Positions 18,782 to 27,497 of a DNA stretch of 46,944 nt are shown here, in pieces. The notes under the pieces were generated by a model. It saw only the letters and a list, made by a program, of their open reading frames with translations. It did no database searches and had not been told where the DNA came from. Each line of letters starts with the position of its first letter. The stretch's first letter is position 1. This stretch comes from Alphaproteobacteria bacterium UBA3637 (lineage in GTDB: Bacteria > Pseudomonadota > Alphaproteobacteria > CAAHEQ01 > UBA3637), in the NCBI GenBank assembly GCA_002373615.1, contig DFKU01000040.1, positions 1 to 46,944 of the forward strand, written 5' to 3'. The translations under genes and the position numbers were made by a program.

Positions 18782-20524
18782 TTACCTTCTTTTTTTAGCG
18801 GCCACTGACCGTTCAATGGCCCGTTCAATGTAGGCAGGTTGCTTCCAATCCTCCACGGGTGCTACCCCCAGGTATGGGGCAATATCCCCAATGATTTGAA
18901 GCCCCGTTGCTTTGGCATTCCACCCCGCCGTATTAAACATGTGTGTTTCTTTAACCTTTTGTGGATCATCGTATGATACCAAAACAATATACTTTGGATC
19001 ATTCATCGGAAAAACACCTACAAAACTGGTTCTGAGCGATCCTTCCACATAGTGTCCTTTTTCCAGCGCTTGACGGGACCCCGTTTTACCCCCAACTGCA
19101 TACATGGCCACAGGACTGTTTTTGGCAAGTTCATAGTTCACAACTGCCCACATCATGTGACGCATTTTTTGGGAAGTATCTTCTGAAATCACACGCATTT
19201 CTGATTTATCTTTATTGCCCCCTTTGATAAAAGTGGGCGTATGATAAAGACCGCCATTTGCTAAAGAAGCCACCCCTGCAATCAAATGCAGAGGCGTCAC
19301 CGAAATGCCATACCCATAAGACAGACGAGAAGACTCCACTTCATTCCATTTTTCTTTTTTAATGTATTGGGGCTGTGCCCGTTCAGGGAGCGCAATCGGC
19401 AATTTTTCATAAAACCCAAAACGCCCAAAAAATTCTTTTTGATTTTCCCAGCCAATTTTAAGCCCAATTTGTGCAGACCCGATATTGGAGGAATGGATTA
19501 AAATTTCAGGGACTGTTAAAGGACGATTTTGTCCCCGATAATCTTCAATCGCTTTTGCCCCTTTTAATTTCAAAGGTTTTGAGGCATCAAAGACATCATT
19601 GACTGTAATTGTTTTCGTTTCCAGTCCAAGAGCGGTGTTAAACAGTTTAAAAACGGATCCAAATTCATAAGTCCCCAATGTTGCTTGATTAAATCTGGCT
19701 TTTTCTGACTCCTTAAGTGGCACATTTGGATCATAATCAGGAAGAGAAACAGAGGCCAAAACTTCCCCGTTATTCACATCCATAATCAAAGCCAATCCTC
19801 CTTTTGCTTTAAATTTTTCAATACCTTGTAAAAGAGCACTTCTTGCAATTTCTTGAATTGAAATATCAATAGATAATTGCACATCTTTATCCATTAATTC
19901 TGTATCATAGGCCTTTTCAATCCCAGAAATACCGATATTATCAATATCCACCCCCCCCAATAAATGTGATATCAGCGGCCCTTGTGGGTACACTCGCTTT
20001 TCTATTGGGTGCGCTGTTAAAAAGTAATATCCTAACCAATTAATTGCATCATATTCAGCAGGAATAATTCCCCGTTTAATGTATTCAAAACCACTTAAAC
20101 TTGTGATTTTTTCATAAACGGTTGCAGTGTTCATTCCCAGTGCTTTTGCTATTTTTTCAGCAATTTCATCGACGTCAGTACGATCACGAACCAAAGCAGG
20201 ATTTACAGATAAATCCCACATAGGTAAACTGGTCGCCAAAATAATCCCATTCCTGTCTAAAATATTATGGCGATTAAGGGCGTAATGTGTTTGTACTTCG
20301 GATTGAAATGTACGCGGTTCATAATTCATAACTGTCAGATAAAACAATCGCCCAATGATAACAACATACAAAAGCAAAAACCAAAAAGCAACAAATCCCA
20401 TTCGGCCAGAGGCAATTTTTAATTGGTGTCTGGTGGTCATGTCCAAATAACGCCACTTATCCATTTTTTTTAAGGGGATTTCTTGGCAGGGAAAATAAAA
20501 AGAATCCCTCTTTTTCTTAAACAT
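18782..20524 (-). CDS. ftsI: penicillin-binding protein 3 / FtsI transpeptidase
   Basis: N-terminal transmembrane helix, then the motifs SVFK, SSN and KTGS. Confidence 0.92.
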   Translation of the reverse strand: MFKKKRDSFYFPCQEIPLKKMDKWRYLDMTTRHQLKIASGRMGFVAFWFLLLYVVIIGRLFYLTVMNYEPRTFQSEVQTHYALNRHNILDRNGIILATSLPMWDLSVNPALVRDRTDVDEIAEKIAKALGMNTATVYEKITSLSGFEYIKRGIIPAEYDAINWLGYYFLTAHPIEKRVYPQGPLISHLLGGVDIDNIGISGIEKAYDTELMDKDVQLSIDISIQEIARSALLQGIEKFKAKGGLALIMDVNNGEVLASVSLPDYDPNVPLKESEKARFNQATLGTYEFGSVFKLFNTALGLETKTITVNDVFDASKPLKLKGAKAIEDYRGQNRPLTVPEILIHSSNIGSAQIGLKIGWENQKEFFGRFGFYEKLPIALPERAQPQYIKKEKWNEVESSRLSYGYGISVTPLHLIAGVASLANGGLYHTPTFIKGGNKDKSEMRVISEDTSQKMRHMMWAVVNYELAKNSPVAMYAVGGKTGSRQALEKGHYVEGSLRTSFVGVFPMNDPKYIVLVSYDDPQKVKETHMFNTAGWNAKATGLQIIGDIAPYLGVAPVEDWKQPAYIERAIERSVAAKKRR

Positions 20525-20831
20525 CCGTTTCCTCCTTTTCTTTAAGGAGAGGATTTGACCTTTCTTCTATTTCATCCGGCTTTACTATTTGTTTTCCAAG
20601 CAGTGGTTTTAAGTCAGATTCTTGGATCATTTTACGCAAATGCTGAGGATCCGTCAAAAACGCCCAATCGGCACGTAATAAATGCAATTCCCTGTTGTCT
20701 GAAACAATCTGACGTTTAAGCTTTACCAATTCTTTTTCTTGATCTAGCACATGATACTTTAATAAAAACATTCCAACACCAGACAGAATAGCCATGCTTA
20801 TACAAAACAAATTAACTGAACTTTGTTTCAT
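20517..20831 (-). CDS. ftsL: cell division protein FtsL (alphaproteobacterial type)
   Basis: Small bitopic coiled-coil protein between rsmH and ftsI. I moved the start to the ATG at 20831 (MKQSSVNLF...), which has a GGGGGG RBS. Confidence 0.7.
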   Translation of the reverse strand: MKQSSVNLFCISMAILSGVGMFLLKYHVLDQEKELVKLKRQIVSDNRELHLLRADWAFLTDPQHLRKMIQESDLKPLLGKQIVKPDEIEERSNPLLKEKEETDV

Positions 20832-21735
20832 TTTCCCCCCTGATTGCCCAACGGAGCTTTGCAGAATGTGCTCTCGGATTCCGGGCCAATTCTGTCTCAT
20901 CCGCAGTGATTGGCTTTTTATCCGGTACTATAAAAGGAGCTTTTATTGATATTTTTGAAGTGGTATATTTATTGATATGTCCCATTTTAGCAGAATTTTT
21001 TTTCAAAAACTCTTTAACGATTCTGTCCTCCAAAGAATGAAAAGAAACGACCACCAATCGTCCCCCTGATTTCAAAATTTTTAAACTGGCATCTAAGGCC
21101 CGCTCCAATTCCCCTAATTCATCATTAACAACAATTCTGATGGCCTGAAAAGTACGCATGGCACTGTCTGATCCATCTTTGGGATGCGGCATCACGGAAT
21201 GAATCACTTCTGCTAACTGTAAAGTTGTATTAAGGGGGCGTGCATTTACTATCGCCCGAGCAATTTTACGGGATGCTTTTTCTTCCCCATACCGAAACAA
21301 AATATCTGCCAATTTATCGTTTGGCCAATTATTGACAATATCTGCAGCCGAAACACCTTGCCCGCTCATTCGCATGTCCAACGGCCCATCAAAACGAAAA
21401 GAAAAACCCCGCTCCGGCGTATCAATTTGCATAGAAGAAACCCCAATATCCAACACAAAACCATCTACGGGCTCCGTCACATACTTTGCCACTTCGCTAA
21501 AACAATCTTGAATAAAGGTAAATCTATCCCCAAATTCGGCTTGAAATTTTTTTACTGTTGGTAAAACGGTATCATCCCGATCAAAAGCAATCACTTTTGT
21601 GGCTGGATTTGATTCTAAAATCGCTCGTGTGTACCCCCCCGCCCCAAAAGTACCATCAACAAAAACACCCCCCCGTTCAGGGGATAAATGATGTATGACG
21701 GGCACTAACAGCACCGGAATATGCATTTTGGTCAT
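20812..21735 (-). CDS. rsmH: 16S rRNA (cytosine1402-N4)-methyltransferase
   Basis: Motifs VDGTFGAGGY and SFHSLEDR. Confidence 0.95.
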   Translation of the reverse strand: MTKMHIPVLLVPVIHHLSPERGGVFVDGTFGAGGYTRAILESNPATKVIAFDRDDTVLPTVKKFQAEFGDRFTFIQDCFSEVAKYVTEPVDGFVLDIGVSSMQIDTPERGFSFRFDGPLDMRMSGQGVSAADIVNNWPNDKLADILFRYGEEKASRKIARAIVNARPLNTTLQLAEVIHSVMPHPKDGSDSAMRTFQAIRIVVNDELGELERALDASLKILKSGGRLVVVSFHSLEDRIVKEFLKKNSAKMGHINKYTTSKISIKAPFIVPDKKPITADETELARNPRAHSAKLRWAIRGENETKFS

Positions 21736-21795
21736 TTCATATCCTTTTCCTTAAAAAAGTATAGACCAAAGCCCTGTCAAATAGCAAGCGCTTTT

Positions 21796-22782
21796 TTATT
21801 TTTTGGTAATTTTATTTGCCGCCTTTAGCAAAGACATTTGTTTGTTTCCCTGATACCAAGAATAATTTTTTTGCGTACAGGTATCAATCAGCTTCCAAAA
21901 GGCCCTTTCCGAGTGTGTTTTTATGTGTGCAAACTTACGTTTGTCCGAAATACTTCTGTGATCATGACATATTTGCAGAACACTTTGTTTAAAACATCTT
22001 GATTCACATAACAAGGCAGAATCAATTAAAATCGAATGCGCATCTGTTCGTCTGAGATTATCTTTGATGCCGCTTTCCTTTTTAGCTTGCCATAAATCGT
22101 TTTTGCGAACAGCTTCTTGAAATTTAGGAAAATCACTTTTGTATTTTCCATACCCTAAATTATAGATTAGATCCACAACAACCAGTCTTAAAGAAGGGGA
22201 TATCGTAAATAAATTTGGATGACATTCATACGCATTTTTAACATGAAATCGGATAGCTTCTTGATTGATTCTTTTTAAAGTAGATTCCGGCATTAAAAAC
22301 AAAGCTTGATTCCATACTTCAGAAGTATTTTTGGGACATTTTCCTTGACAATCTTCCACTTTAATTGTTTCTGCTTTTGCCACTTCAGGAAACATCAGGT
22401 AGGTTTTAGGATCACACCAATTTGCACCTGCCATTTTCTTTAAACGTTCTTTGTTGTCTAAAACAAACTTTTTTCCTTTTTTAGGAGTCACCTTTAAGGC
22501 TAACAGATGTTGTACAGCTTTAAAGTCTTTCACGTGGACCCCGCAGCCCACCGTTATATTTCCCGTTTTTCCATAATAACAATAGGGAAAGTTTCCCTCC
22601 AACTGTTCACAAATTGGAGCATATTCGGCCGCCAATTGATCGCAAGCCTTTATTGCTGATTGTGTTATCTGTTGGGGCGCCTTTGGAGCCGCCTGAACAA
22701 CAGAAGGGGCACCTGCCGCAAAAAAAGCGGCAGCCCCCAATAATGAACGTAAAGTTTTGCTTTTCTTTAAGCTTGAAAACAT
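21796..22782 (-). CDS. secreted lysozyme-like protein (GH24 / phage-lysozyme-like fold, tentative)
   Basis: Signal peptide ...APSVVQA/AP. LEGNFPYCYYGKTGNITVGCGVH resembles the EGxxLxAYxDxxGxxTIGxGH catalytic motif. DLIYNLGYGKYKSDFPKFQEAV resembles the downstream FNxG helix region. Its start overlaps the ndk stop (TAATG). Confidence 0.45.
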   Translation of the reverse strand: MFSSLKKSKTLRSLLGAAAFFAAGAPSVVQAAPKAPQQITQSAIKACDQLAAEYAPICEQLEGNFPYCYYGKTGNITVGCGVHVKDFKAVQHLLALKVTPKKGKKFVLDNKERLKKMAGANWCDPKTYLMFPEVAKAETIKVEDCQGKCPKNTSEVWNQALFLMPESTLKRINQEAIRFHVKNAYECHPNLFTISPSLRLVVVDLIYNLGYGKYKSDFPKFQEAVRKNDLWQAKKESGIKDNLRRTDAHSILIDSALLCESRCFKQSVLQICHDHRSISDKRKFAHIKTHSERAFWKLIDTCTQKNYSWYQGNKQMSLLKAANKITKK

Positions 22783-23198
22783 TATTGTAATTCTTCAGGT
22801 TTAAACCAAAGATTGATTTCACGTTCCGCACTTTCCGGACTGTCAGATCCATGTACGGAATTATGCCCCTTGCTTTCGGCATATTTTTTACGAATCGTCC
22901 CTTCGGCGGCTTCTGCAGGATCTGTTTTTCCCATCAAATCACGCCAAGCTTGAATAGCATTTTCGCCTTCCAATACTTGAACAATGATAGGGCCAGATGT
23001 CATAAATTCCACCAATCCGTCAAAGAAGGGCTTTCCTTTATGTTCTGCATAAAAAGTTTCAAATTGATCCCGTGTTGCAGTCAAACGTTTTGAGGCCAAA
23101 ATTTTAAAACCTTTATGAATAATGATATCGTTAATTTCATCTTCTAAACCGCGTGCCACTGCATCAGGTTTAATAATACAAAAAGTTCTTTGAATCAT
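22782..23198 (-). CDS. ndk: nucleoside diphosphate kinase
   Basis: 138 aa with the NSVHGSDS active-site motif. Confidence 0.96.
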   Translation of the reverse strand: MIQRTFCIIKPDAVARGLEDEINDIIIHKGFKILASKRLTATRDQFETFYAEHKGKPFFDGLVEFMTSGPIIVQVLEGENAIQAWRDLMGKTDPAEAAEGTIRKKYAESKGHNSVHGSDSPESAEREINLWFKPEELQ

Positions 23199-23545
23199 TT
23201 TATTTTCCTTTCTGTCAAAGTTGTTTTCATCATTCTTGTTCTTAAGTATTAAAATTCAAATTACTTAAATTTTAATTTCTTTTATTTTTACATTTTCAGC
23301 GTATTTATTTTTATAAAAAAAGTCAAGTTGATTTTTTTATTTTTACTTCTTTAAAATTGGGGTTAAAGTAAAAATAAAATACTGCATCCGTTTCCTCTTA
23401 AGCGCCCAAAAGGTGCTTTTATTTTATAATCTGAGTGTAAGATAAATTGATGTCGGAATTGGTACAAGTCAAAAGTCTAACTGATAAAAAAATTATCGTT
23501 CGTTTTAATATTGCTTTTTTTATTTTCTTTTGCTAAAATACTTCT

Positions 23546-23719
23546 GCCCGAGAGGGTGGGGTGTGATAGCCTCTCTCAATACGTCCAGCAGGACGAAGAT
23601 CTTCAATCGGTAAAGTCCGGTTGGATGGCCGCTAAATAAGGGACTTTGTCTTGAATAGGTGGCACTATTTATTGAGTAGTTATCACCTCCAACCACTTTT
23701 TGGGTGGTTTAATTTTTTT
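23546..23719 (+). promoter_or_regulatory. structured 5' leader RNA (type A1) with terminator/antiterminator, upstream of a small lipoprotein gene
   Basis: Promoter is TTGCTT at 23511-16, 17-nt spacer, TAAAAT at 23534-39. A helix pairs AAAGUCC (23612-18) with GGACUUU (23641-47). GGUUGGA(U)GG at 23619-28 is complementary to CCUCCAACC at 23686-94. That segment overlaps the terminator stem AACCAC/GUGGUU, which is followed by a U-run at 23710-19. A near-identical copy lies at 44200-44376 on the minus strand. Confidence 0.6.
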
Positions 23720-23730
23720 CAAGGAGTATA

Positions 23731-23916
23731 ATGATGAAAAAACTATTTTTAATTTTAATCGCGTTTGCTTTGACGGGGTGCACCTATGCGGGGCCCTTTG
23801 TGACACATATATCACAAAATAAAGATGGGAGCTTAACTGTGGAAAAATGTATGGTGGAACACAATGCTTTTTCTGGGGCCATCGCCACCACAAATTGCAC
23901 CCAATCTAAAGTATAA
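23731..23916 (+). CDS. small lipoprotein (61 aa), paralog of 44004-44189
   Basis: Lipobox LTGC. The mature part begins CTYAGPFVTHISQNKDGSLTVEKCMVEHN...TTNCT, with 3 conserved Cys. It has an AAGGAG RBS. Confidence 0.75.
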   Translation: MMKKLFLILIAFALTGCTYAGPFVTHISQNKDGSLTVEKCMVEHNAFSGAIATTNCTQSKV

Positions 23917-23981
23917 TTTCTTTTTAAATCCCCTCCCCCCATTTAAACAGCATAGGCTTAATAAAAAATGAAAGGAAAAAA

Positions 23982-24482
23982 ATGAAAAAATTATTATTGC
24001 TTTCTTGTTGTTTATTGGGGGCGTGTGCGACAACCCCTGATAGGATTGAAACCCCGATTTATAAGACTGTGGGGGATAAAGATCAAATTGGGACAGTTAC
24101 CTTTTATGACACCGCTCAAGGCTTAAAAGGCGTTGTAAATTTATCTGAATTGCCCGTTGGGGAACATGGATTTCATATTCATGCGATTCCCGATTGCGGT
24201 TCTTTGGATGGAGAGCCTGCCATGAAAGCGGGGGCTCATTATGATCCAGCTCAGACCGGAAAACACTTGGGGCCCGATGGGGATGGACACAAGGGTGACC
24301 TGCCCCGTTTAATGACGGATGATGAAGGGCATGTCAGGACTGCCTTTTATGCGCCACATCTCACTTTACAGGAAATTAAAGGGCGTTCTGTTGTCATTCA
24401 TGAATTTGGGGATAATTATGCGGATACACCCCGTCCACAAGGCGGTGGCGGTAAACGCATTGCCTGTGGGGTAATAAAATAA
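23982..24482 (+). CDS. sodC: Cu/Zn superoxide dismutase, lipoprotein form
   Basis: Lipobox LLGAC, plus GFHIH, HKGDLP and GGGGKRIACGVI. Confidence 0.93.
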   Translation: MKKLLLLSCCLLGACATTPDRIETPIYKTVGDKDQIGTVTFYDTAQGLKGVVNLSELPVGEHGFHIHAIPDCGSLDGEPAMKAGAHYDPAQTGKHLGPDGDGHKGDLPRLMTDDEGHVRTAFYAPHLTLQEIKGRSVVIHEFGDNYADTPRPQGGGGKRIACGVIK

Positions 24483-24496
24483 GAATTTTAAGGATG

Positions 24497-24528
24497 AAAA
24501 GCCCCGAAAATTGGGGCTTTTATTTTTT
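24497..24528 (+). terminator. intrinsic terminator after sodC
   Basis: AAAAGCCCC-GAAAATT-GGGGCTTTT followed by ATTTTTT. Confidence 0.85.
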
Positions 24529-24567
24529 CACTTACAATTTCAAAAAGAATCTGAGTATAATGAGGGC

Positions 24568-24645
24568 GTCTGCCTGAATAGGTAAGACTATCTACTTTCT
24601 ATATAGTTATGAACATCCACTCACTGAAACAGTGAGTCTTTGTTT
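24568..24645 (+). promoter_or_regulatory. truncated copy of the leader RNA family (3' half only) upstream of pilin-like paralog 2
   Basis: Promoter is TTACAA at 24532-37, 18-nt spacer, TATAAT at 24556-61. UGAAUAGGUAAGACUAU and CAUCC, then the hairpin CUCACUG-aaa-CAGUGAG (24620-36) and UCUUUGUUU, match the 3' part of the A/B leaders. No upstream partner for CAUCC is present. Confidence 0.45.
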
Positions 24646-24667
24646 AACTTTAAAAAGGAGATAAAAA

Positions 24668-25036
24668 ATGGACATGAAAAATAGAAAAATAAATTGTCAT
24701 TGCGAGCCCATCAGGGTGTGGCAATCTCACGAGATTGCTTCACATACGTTCGCAATGACGGGTGAGTGTGGGCGTTCTAGCCCCACCTGTCATCCTTGGA
24801 CGAGCGTCAGCGAGATCCGAGGATCCACTGGACGTGGCCTTAACGTACCTCGTTGTGCACAATACGCACAATCCGGGCGCAGTATGGTGGAAATGCTGGG
24901 CGTCCTGGCGGTGATGGGCGTCCTCAGTGTTGCGGGCATCACGGGCTATAATTCCGCTATGAATAAGCATCGCGCCAACGAGCTCTTAAACGAGGCCTCC
25001 AAACGCGCCGCACCTGTCGCCATGCATTTGATGTAG
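24668..25036 (+). CDS. type IV pilin-like protein, paralog 2 (short; possibly truncated or pseudogenised)
   Basis: A 70-aa leader ends in SG, followed by RSMVEMLGVLAVMGVLSVAGITGYNSAMNKHRANE... The ORF stops only about 52 aa after the putative cleavage site. The leader contains two palindromic elements in frame. Confidence 0.5.
   Translation: MDMKNRKINCHCEPIRVWQSHEIASHTFAMTGECGRSSPTCHPWTSVSEIRGSTGRGLNVPRCAQYAQSGRSMVEMLGVLAVMGVLSVAGITGYNSAMNKHRANELLNEASKRAAPVAMHLM
24696..24759. repeat. palindromic element family 1, copy 2
   Basis: GTCATTGCGAGCCC...GGCAATCTC-AC-GAGATTGC...TTCGCAATGAC, translated as CHCEPIRVWQSHEIASHTFAMT. Confidence 0.7.
24788..24842. repeat. palindromic element family 2, partial copy
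   Basis: TGTCATCCTTGG...GCGTCAGC..GA.CCGAGGATCCA matches the left part of 230-322. Confidence 0.55.
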
Positions 25037-25114
25037 ACGCACCCAACGGGCGAGCTGGTTCCAACACTTTGCGTCAAAATTCATATTTGGTTATATGTCA
25101 ATAGCTGTAAAATT

Positions 25115-25136
25115 CCCCCGGCCAAGCGGTCGGGGG
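25115..25136. terminator. GC-rich hairpin between convergent genes (probable terminator, mainly for the minus-strand DUF378 gene)
   Basis: CCCCCGGCC-AAG-CGGTCGGGGG with AATTTT on the minus-strand downstream side. Confidence 0.5.
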
Positions 25137-25154
25137 ATGTTATACAAACGTTTT

Positions 25155-25361
25155 TTATTTGGAAATTTCGCGACCCGGATAAAAGGAACTGAACAATACC
25201 CAGATGGAAGCCAAGCCCACCAAAATGTAGACAATGCGGCTTAAAACGCTCATGGGTCCGAACAAAAAGGCCACCAAGTCAAAGTTAAACGCTCCGACCA
25301 AGCCCCAGTTCAAGCCCCCGATAACAACCAAAATCAAAACAATTTTTGAAATGATATCCAT
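25155..25361 (-). CDS. DUF378-family small membrane protein
   Basis: 68 aa with GGLNWGLVGAFNFDLVAFLFG, which is typical of DUF378 (YuzA-like) proteins. Confidence 0.85.
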   Translation of the reverse strand: MDIISKIVLILVVIGGLNWGLVGAFNFDLVAFLFGPMSVLSRIVYILVGLASIWVLFSSFYPGREISK

Positions 25362-25528
25362 GTTTTTCCTCCTTTTTTTAAGATAACACTTACCCTATAT
25401 GGCGTGGCTTTTTAAAAAATTCAAGGGATTTTTCTTATTTTAGTTGTATTGATTATTAAAATATTCTTGCTATTGGTGTAAAACTGTGATAAAAATGCGC
25501 CTATTCAAATTTAAAGAAGGGGGAGATT

Positions 25529-26245
25529 ATGGCAAAAACAAAAATAAAAGCAACATTGAATGGCCCGTATATTGTGGAAGGGCAAATCCCAATCCAAGAG
25601 CAGATGATTGAAAAGGACGCCACCACACAGGGTTGGACTTATAAGCAAGGAAAGCGTTTTCAGGCGCCCACCGAACCCACAAAACTGTGTCGTTGCGGGC
25701 ATTCAGGAAAGATGCCCTTTTGTGATGAATCGCATTGTAAAGAGGCTTTTGACGGCACTTGTACAGCGCCACACAAGCCTTTTGCTCAGGATGCCCAAGC
25801 GGTAGAGGGCCCTAACTTTACCTTGCTGGATAATGAAATGTATTGCGCCTTTGGGCGGTTTTGTGATGCGTTTGGCAGGGTGTGGAATCTGGTGCGCCAA
25901 GGGAAAAAGGAGACCGATCAACTGGCTATCAAAGAAACGCTTTCCTGTCCCGGGGGACGCTTGATGATTATTGATAATCAAACGGGGGAAATTATTGAAG
26001 AACCTACGCACCCCGAAATCAATATTCTGCAAGATGCGGCCTTGAATTGCATGGGGCCCATTTATGCCAAAGGAGGCATTGAAATTGTTGATGACCACGA
26101 AAAACCCTATGAAATTCGGGCGCGTCAGGCCCTGTGTCGGTGTGGCAAATCGCACAACAAACCTTTTTGTGATGGCTCACACGCCATAGAGGCAGACGAA
26201 AAAGAAACCCCGAACAAGTCGGGGCTTCCAAAGACACAAACATAA
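25529..26245 (+). CDS. CDGSH iron-sulfur domain protein (two CDGSH motifs)
   Basis: Motifs CRCGHSGKMPFCDESH and CRCGKSHNKPFCDGSH, with a GGGAG RBS. Confidence 0.85.
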   Translation: MAKTKIKATLNGPYIVEGQIPIQEQMIEKDATTQGWTYKQGKRFQAPTEPTKLCRCGHSGKMPFCDESHCKEAFDGTCTAPHKPFAQDAQAVEGPNFTLLDNEMYCAFGRFCDAFGRVWNLVRQGKKETDQLAIKETLSCPGGRLMIIDNQTGEIIEEPTHPEINILQDAALNCMGPIYAKGGIEIVDDHEKPYEIRARQALCRCGKSHNKPFCDGSHAIEADEKETPNKSGLPKTQT

Positions 26246-26246
26246 A

Positions 26247-27497
26247 TTAGAATTTATATTGTAATTGTACACCAAAAATATTGGACTGTGTATGCTTATA
26301 TTTAGCATGGACATCTGGTGTTTCTTTATCCAATGCTTTGGCTGTCTTGGCAATCAAATGCGCATAGCCCACATCCACTTGCCAATTGTTTTTCATATAG
26401 CTGGCGCCCACACTCATCCACCAACGATCACTGTCAGGAATACGAATGGTCCGGCGTTCTGCCCCATTGGTCGGGCTTTGGTCCCAAGCGGCCCCCAAGC
26501 GGAAGGTTAAATTTTTGCAATAGTAATAATCTAACCCACCTGATAATGTCCAAGTATTTTTATACCGATAGTTGGTATTCTTTTCCCCTGTTGGTTTGAA
26601 TAAAAGTGAATCAGAATAAATGGTGAAATTCGGGAAGGACGAAGTCCAGTGAGTCCAACGAGCGGTTCCGGAAAATCCTAAATCCTTATATCTGTGATAG
26701 GCAGAAAAAGTCACTGTTTCAGGTAAATCAGGATTTGCCCAAGCATGATCCATACTATTCAACATACCTATAGTTGGATGTTTGCTTTTAAATGTCCCTT
26801 TGGCAGTTTGAGCAGAACGTAAGCGATACGATACCCCAAAACGGGTATTTTCATTGTGCTCATACATCAAGCCAAAAGCGGCTGTTTTACTCCACCCGTG
26901 CACATTAAAATTGATATCCCCTTGTTCTGTTGAACCAAGAGTTGTAGGTGTAAACTTCTGTGTCATACGGCCGTAAATGTAGCGCATGATACCACTCACC
27001 CCAAAAGACCAATGTTGATTGAACTTATAGGCAGCGGACACGTTAAAGTCCACAATATCCAACTTGGATAAAATGGCGGCTTCATTGCCAAACCAATCGG
27101 ACTTATATTTTGTTTTGAGTCCAAAGGGCGCATAAATCCCTGCCCCCAAGAATAATTTATCGTTCACATTATATTGTGCAAAACCGGCAGGAACGGGTTG
27201 CCAAAAATCCATTTTCCCTTTTTCGCCGTCATTTGCCCCACCAATTTTATAGGCATCTGATTTGACACCAATCATATTAAAAACCTGTTGAACACCTGAT
27301 TTTTTCATCAAGGTCATCCCCGCGGGGTTATAGGCAATGGCCGAATAATCGTCGCCCATAATACCAACACCGGCATAGGAACGCCCCAGACCTGTCACAG
27401 AGTAATCGTTTAACTGATAGCTGGCTGCTCTTGCGTTTGTCATGTGGAAAGCCACAGCTACGGCAACAGCCATTTTAACTAATTTGTTCACTTTCAT
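26247..27497 (-). CDS. FadL/OmpP1/TodX-family outer-membrane hydrophobic-compound channel
   Basis: I moved the start to the ATG at 27497 (MKVNKLVKMAVAVAVAFHMTNARA, AAAGGA RBS). It has GLGRSYAGVG...YNPAGM N-terminal motifs and ends in QLQYKF. Confidence 0.85.
   Translation of the reverse strand: MKVNKLVKMAVAVAVAFHMTNARAASYQLNDYSVTGLGRSYAGVGIMGDDYSAIAYNPAGMTLMKKSGVQQVFNMIGVKSDAYKIGGANDGEKGKMDFWQPVPAGFAQYNVNDKLFLGAGIYAPFGLKTKYKSDWFGNEAAILSKLDIVDFNVSAAYKFNQHWSFGVSGIMRYIYGRMTQKFTPTTLGSTEQGDINFNVHGWSKTAAFGLMYEHNENTRFGVSYRLRSAQTAKGTFKSKHPTIGMLNSMDHAWANPDLPETVTFSAYHRYKDLGFSGTARWTHWTSSFPNFTIYSDSLLFKPTGEKNTNYRYKNTWTLSGGLDYYYCKNLTFRLGAAWDQSPTNGAERRTIRIPDSDRWWMSVGASYMKNNWQVDVGYAHLIAKTAKALDKETPDVHAKYKHTQSNIFGVQLQYKF

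Noticed and set aside
23199-23340. TTAA-rich AT tract upstream of ndk as possible CtrA boxes or a second origin candidate
   Set aside because: I found no TTAA-N7-TTAA spacing and no DnaA boxes. It is consistent with an ordinary AT-rich divergent promoter region.
23608-23622. GUAAAGUCCGG resembling the conserved GAAAGUCCGG of RNase P RNA
   Set aside because: The element is far too short for RNase P RNA and is present in multiple copies. It lacks the other universally conserved RNase P regions and always sits directly upstream of a CDS.
25703-26155. 150-aa ORF antisense to the CDGSH protein gene
   Set aside because: The plus-strand ORF carries two textbook CDGSH motifs, so the antisense frame is a shadow.
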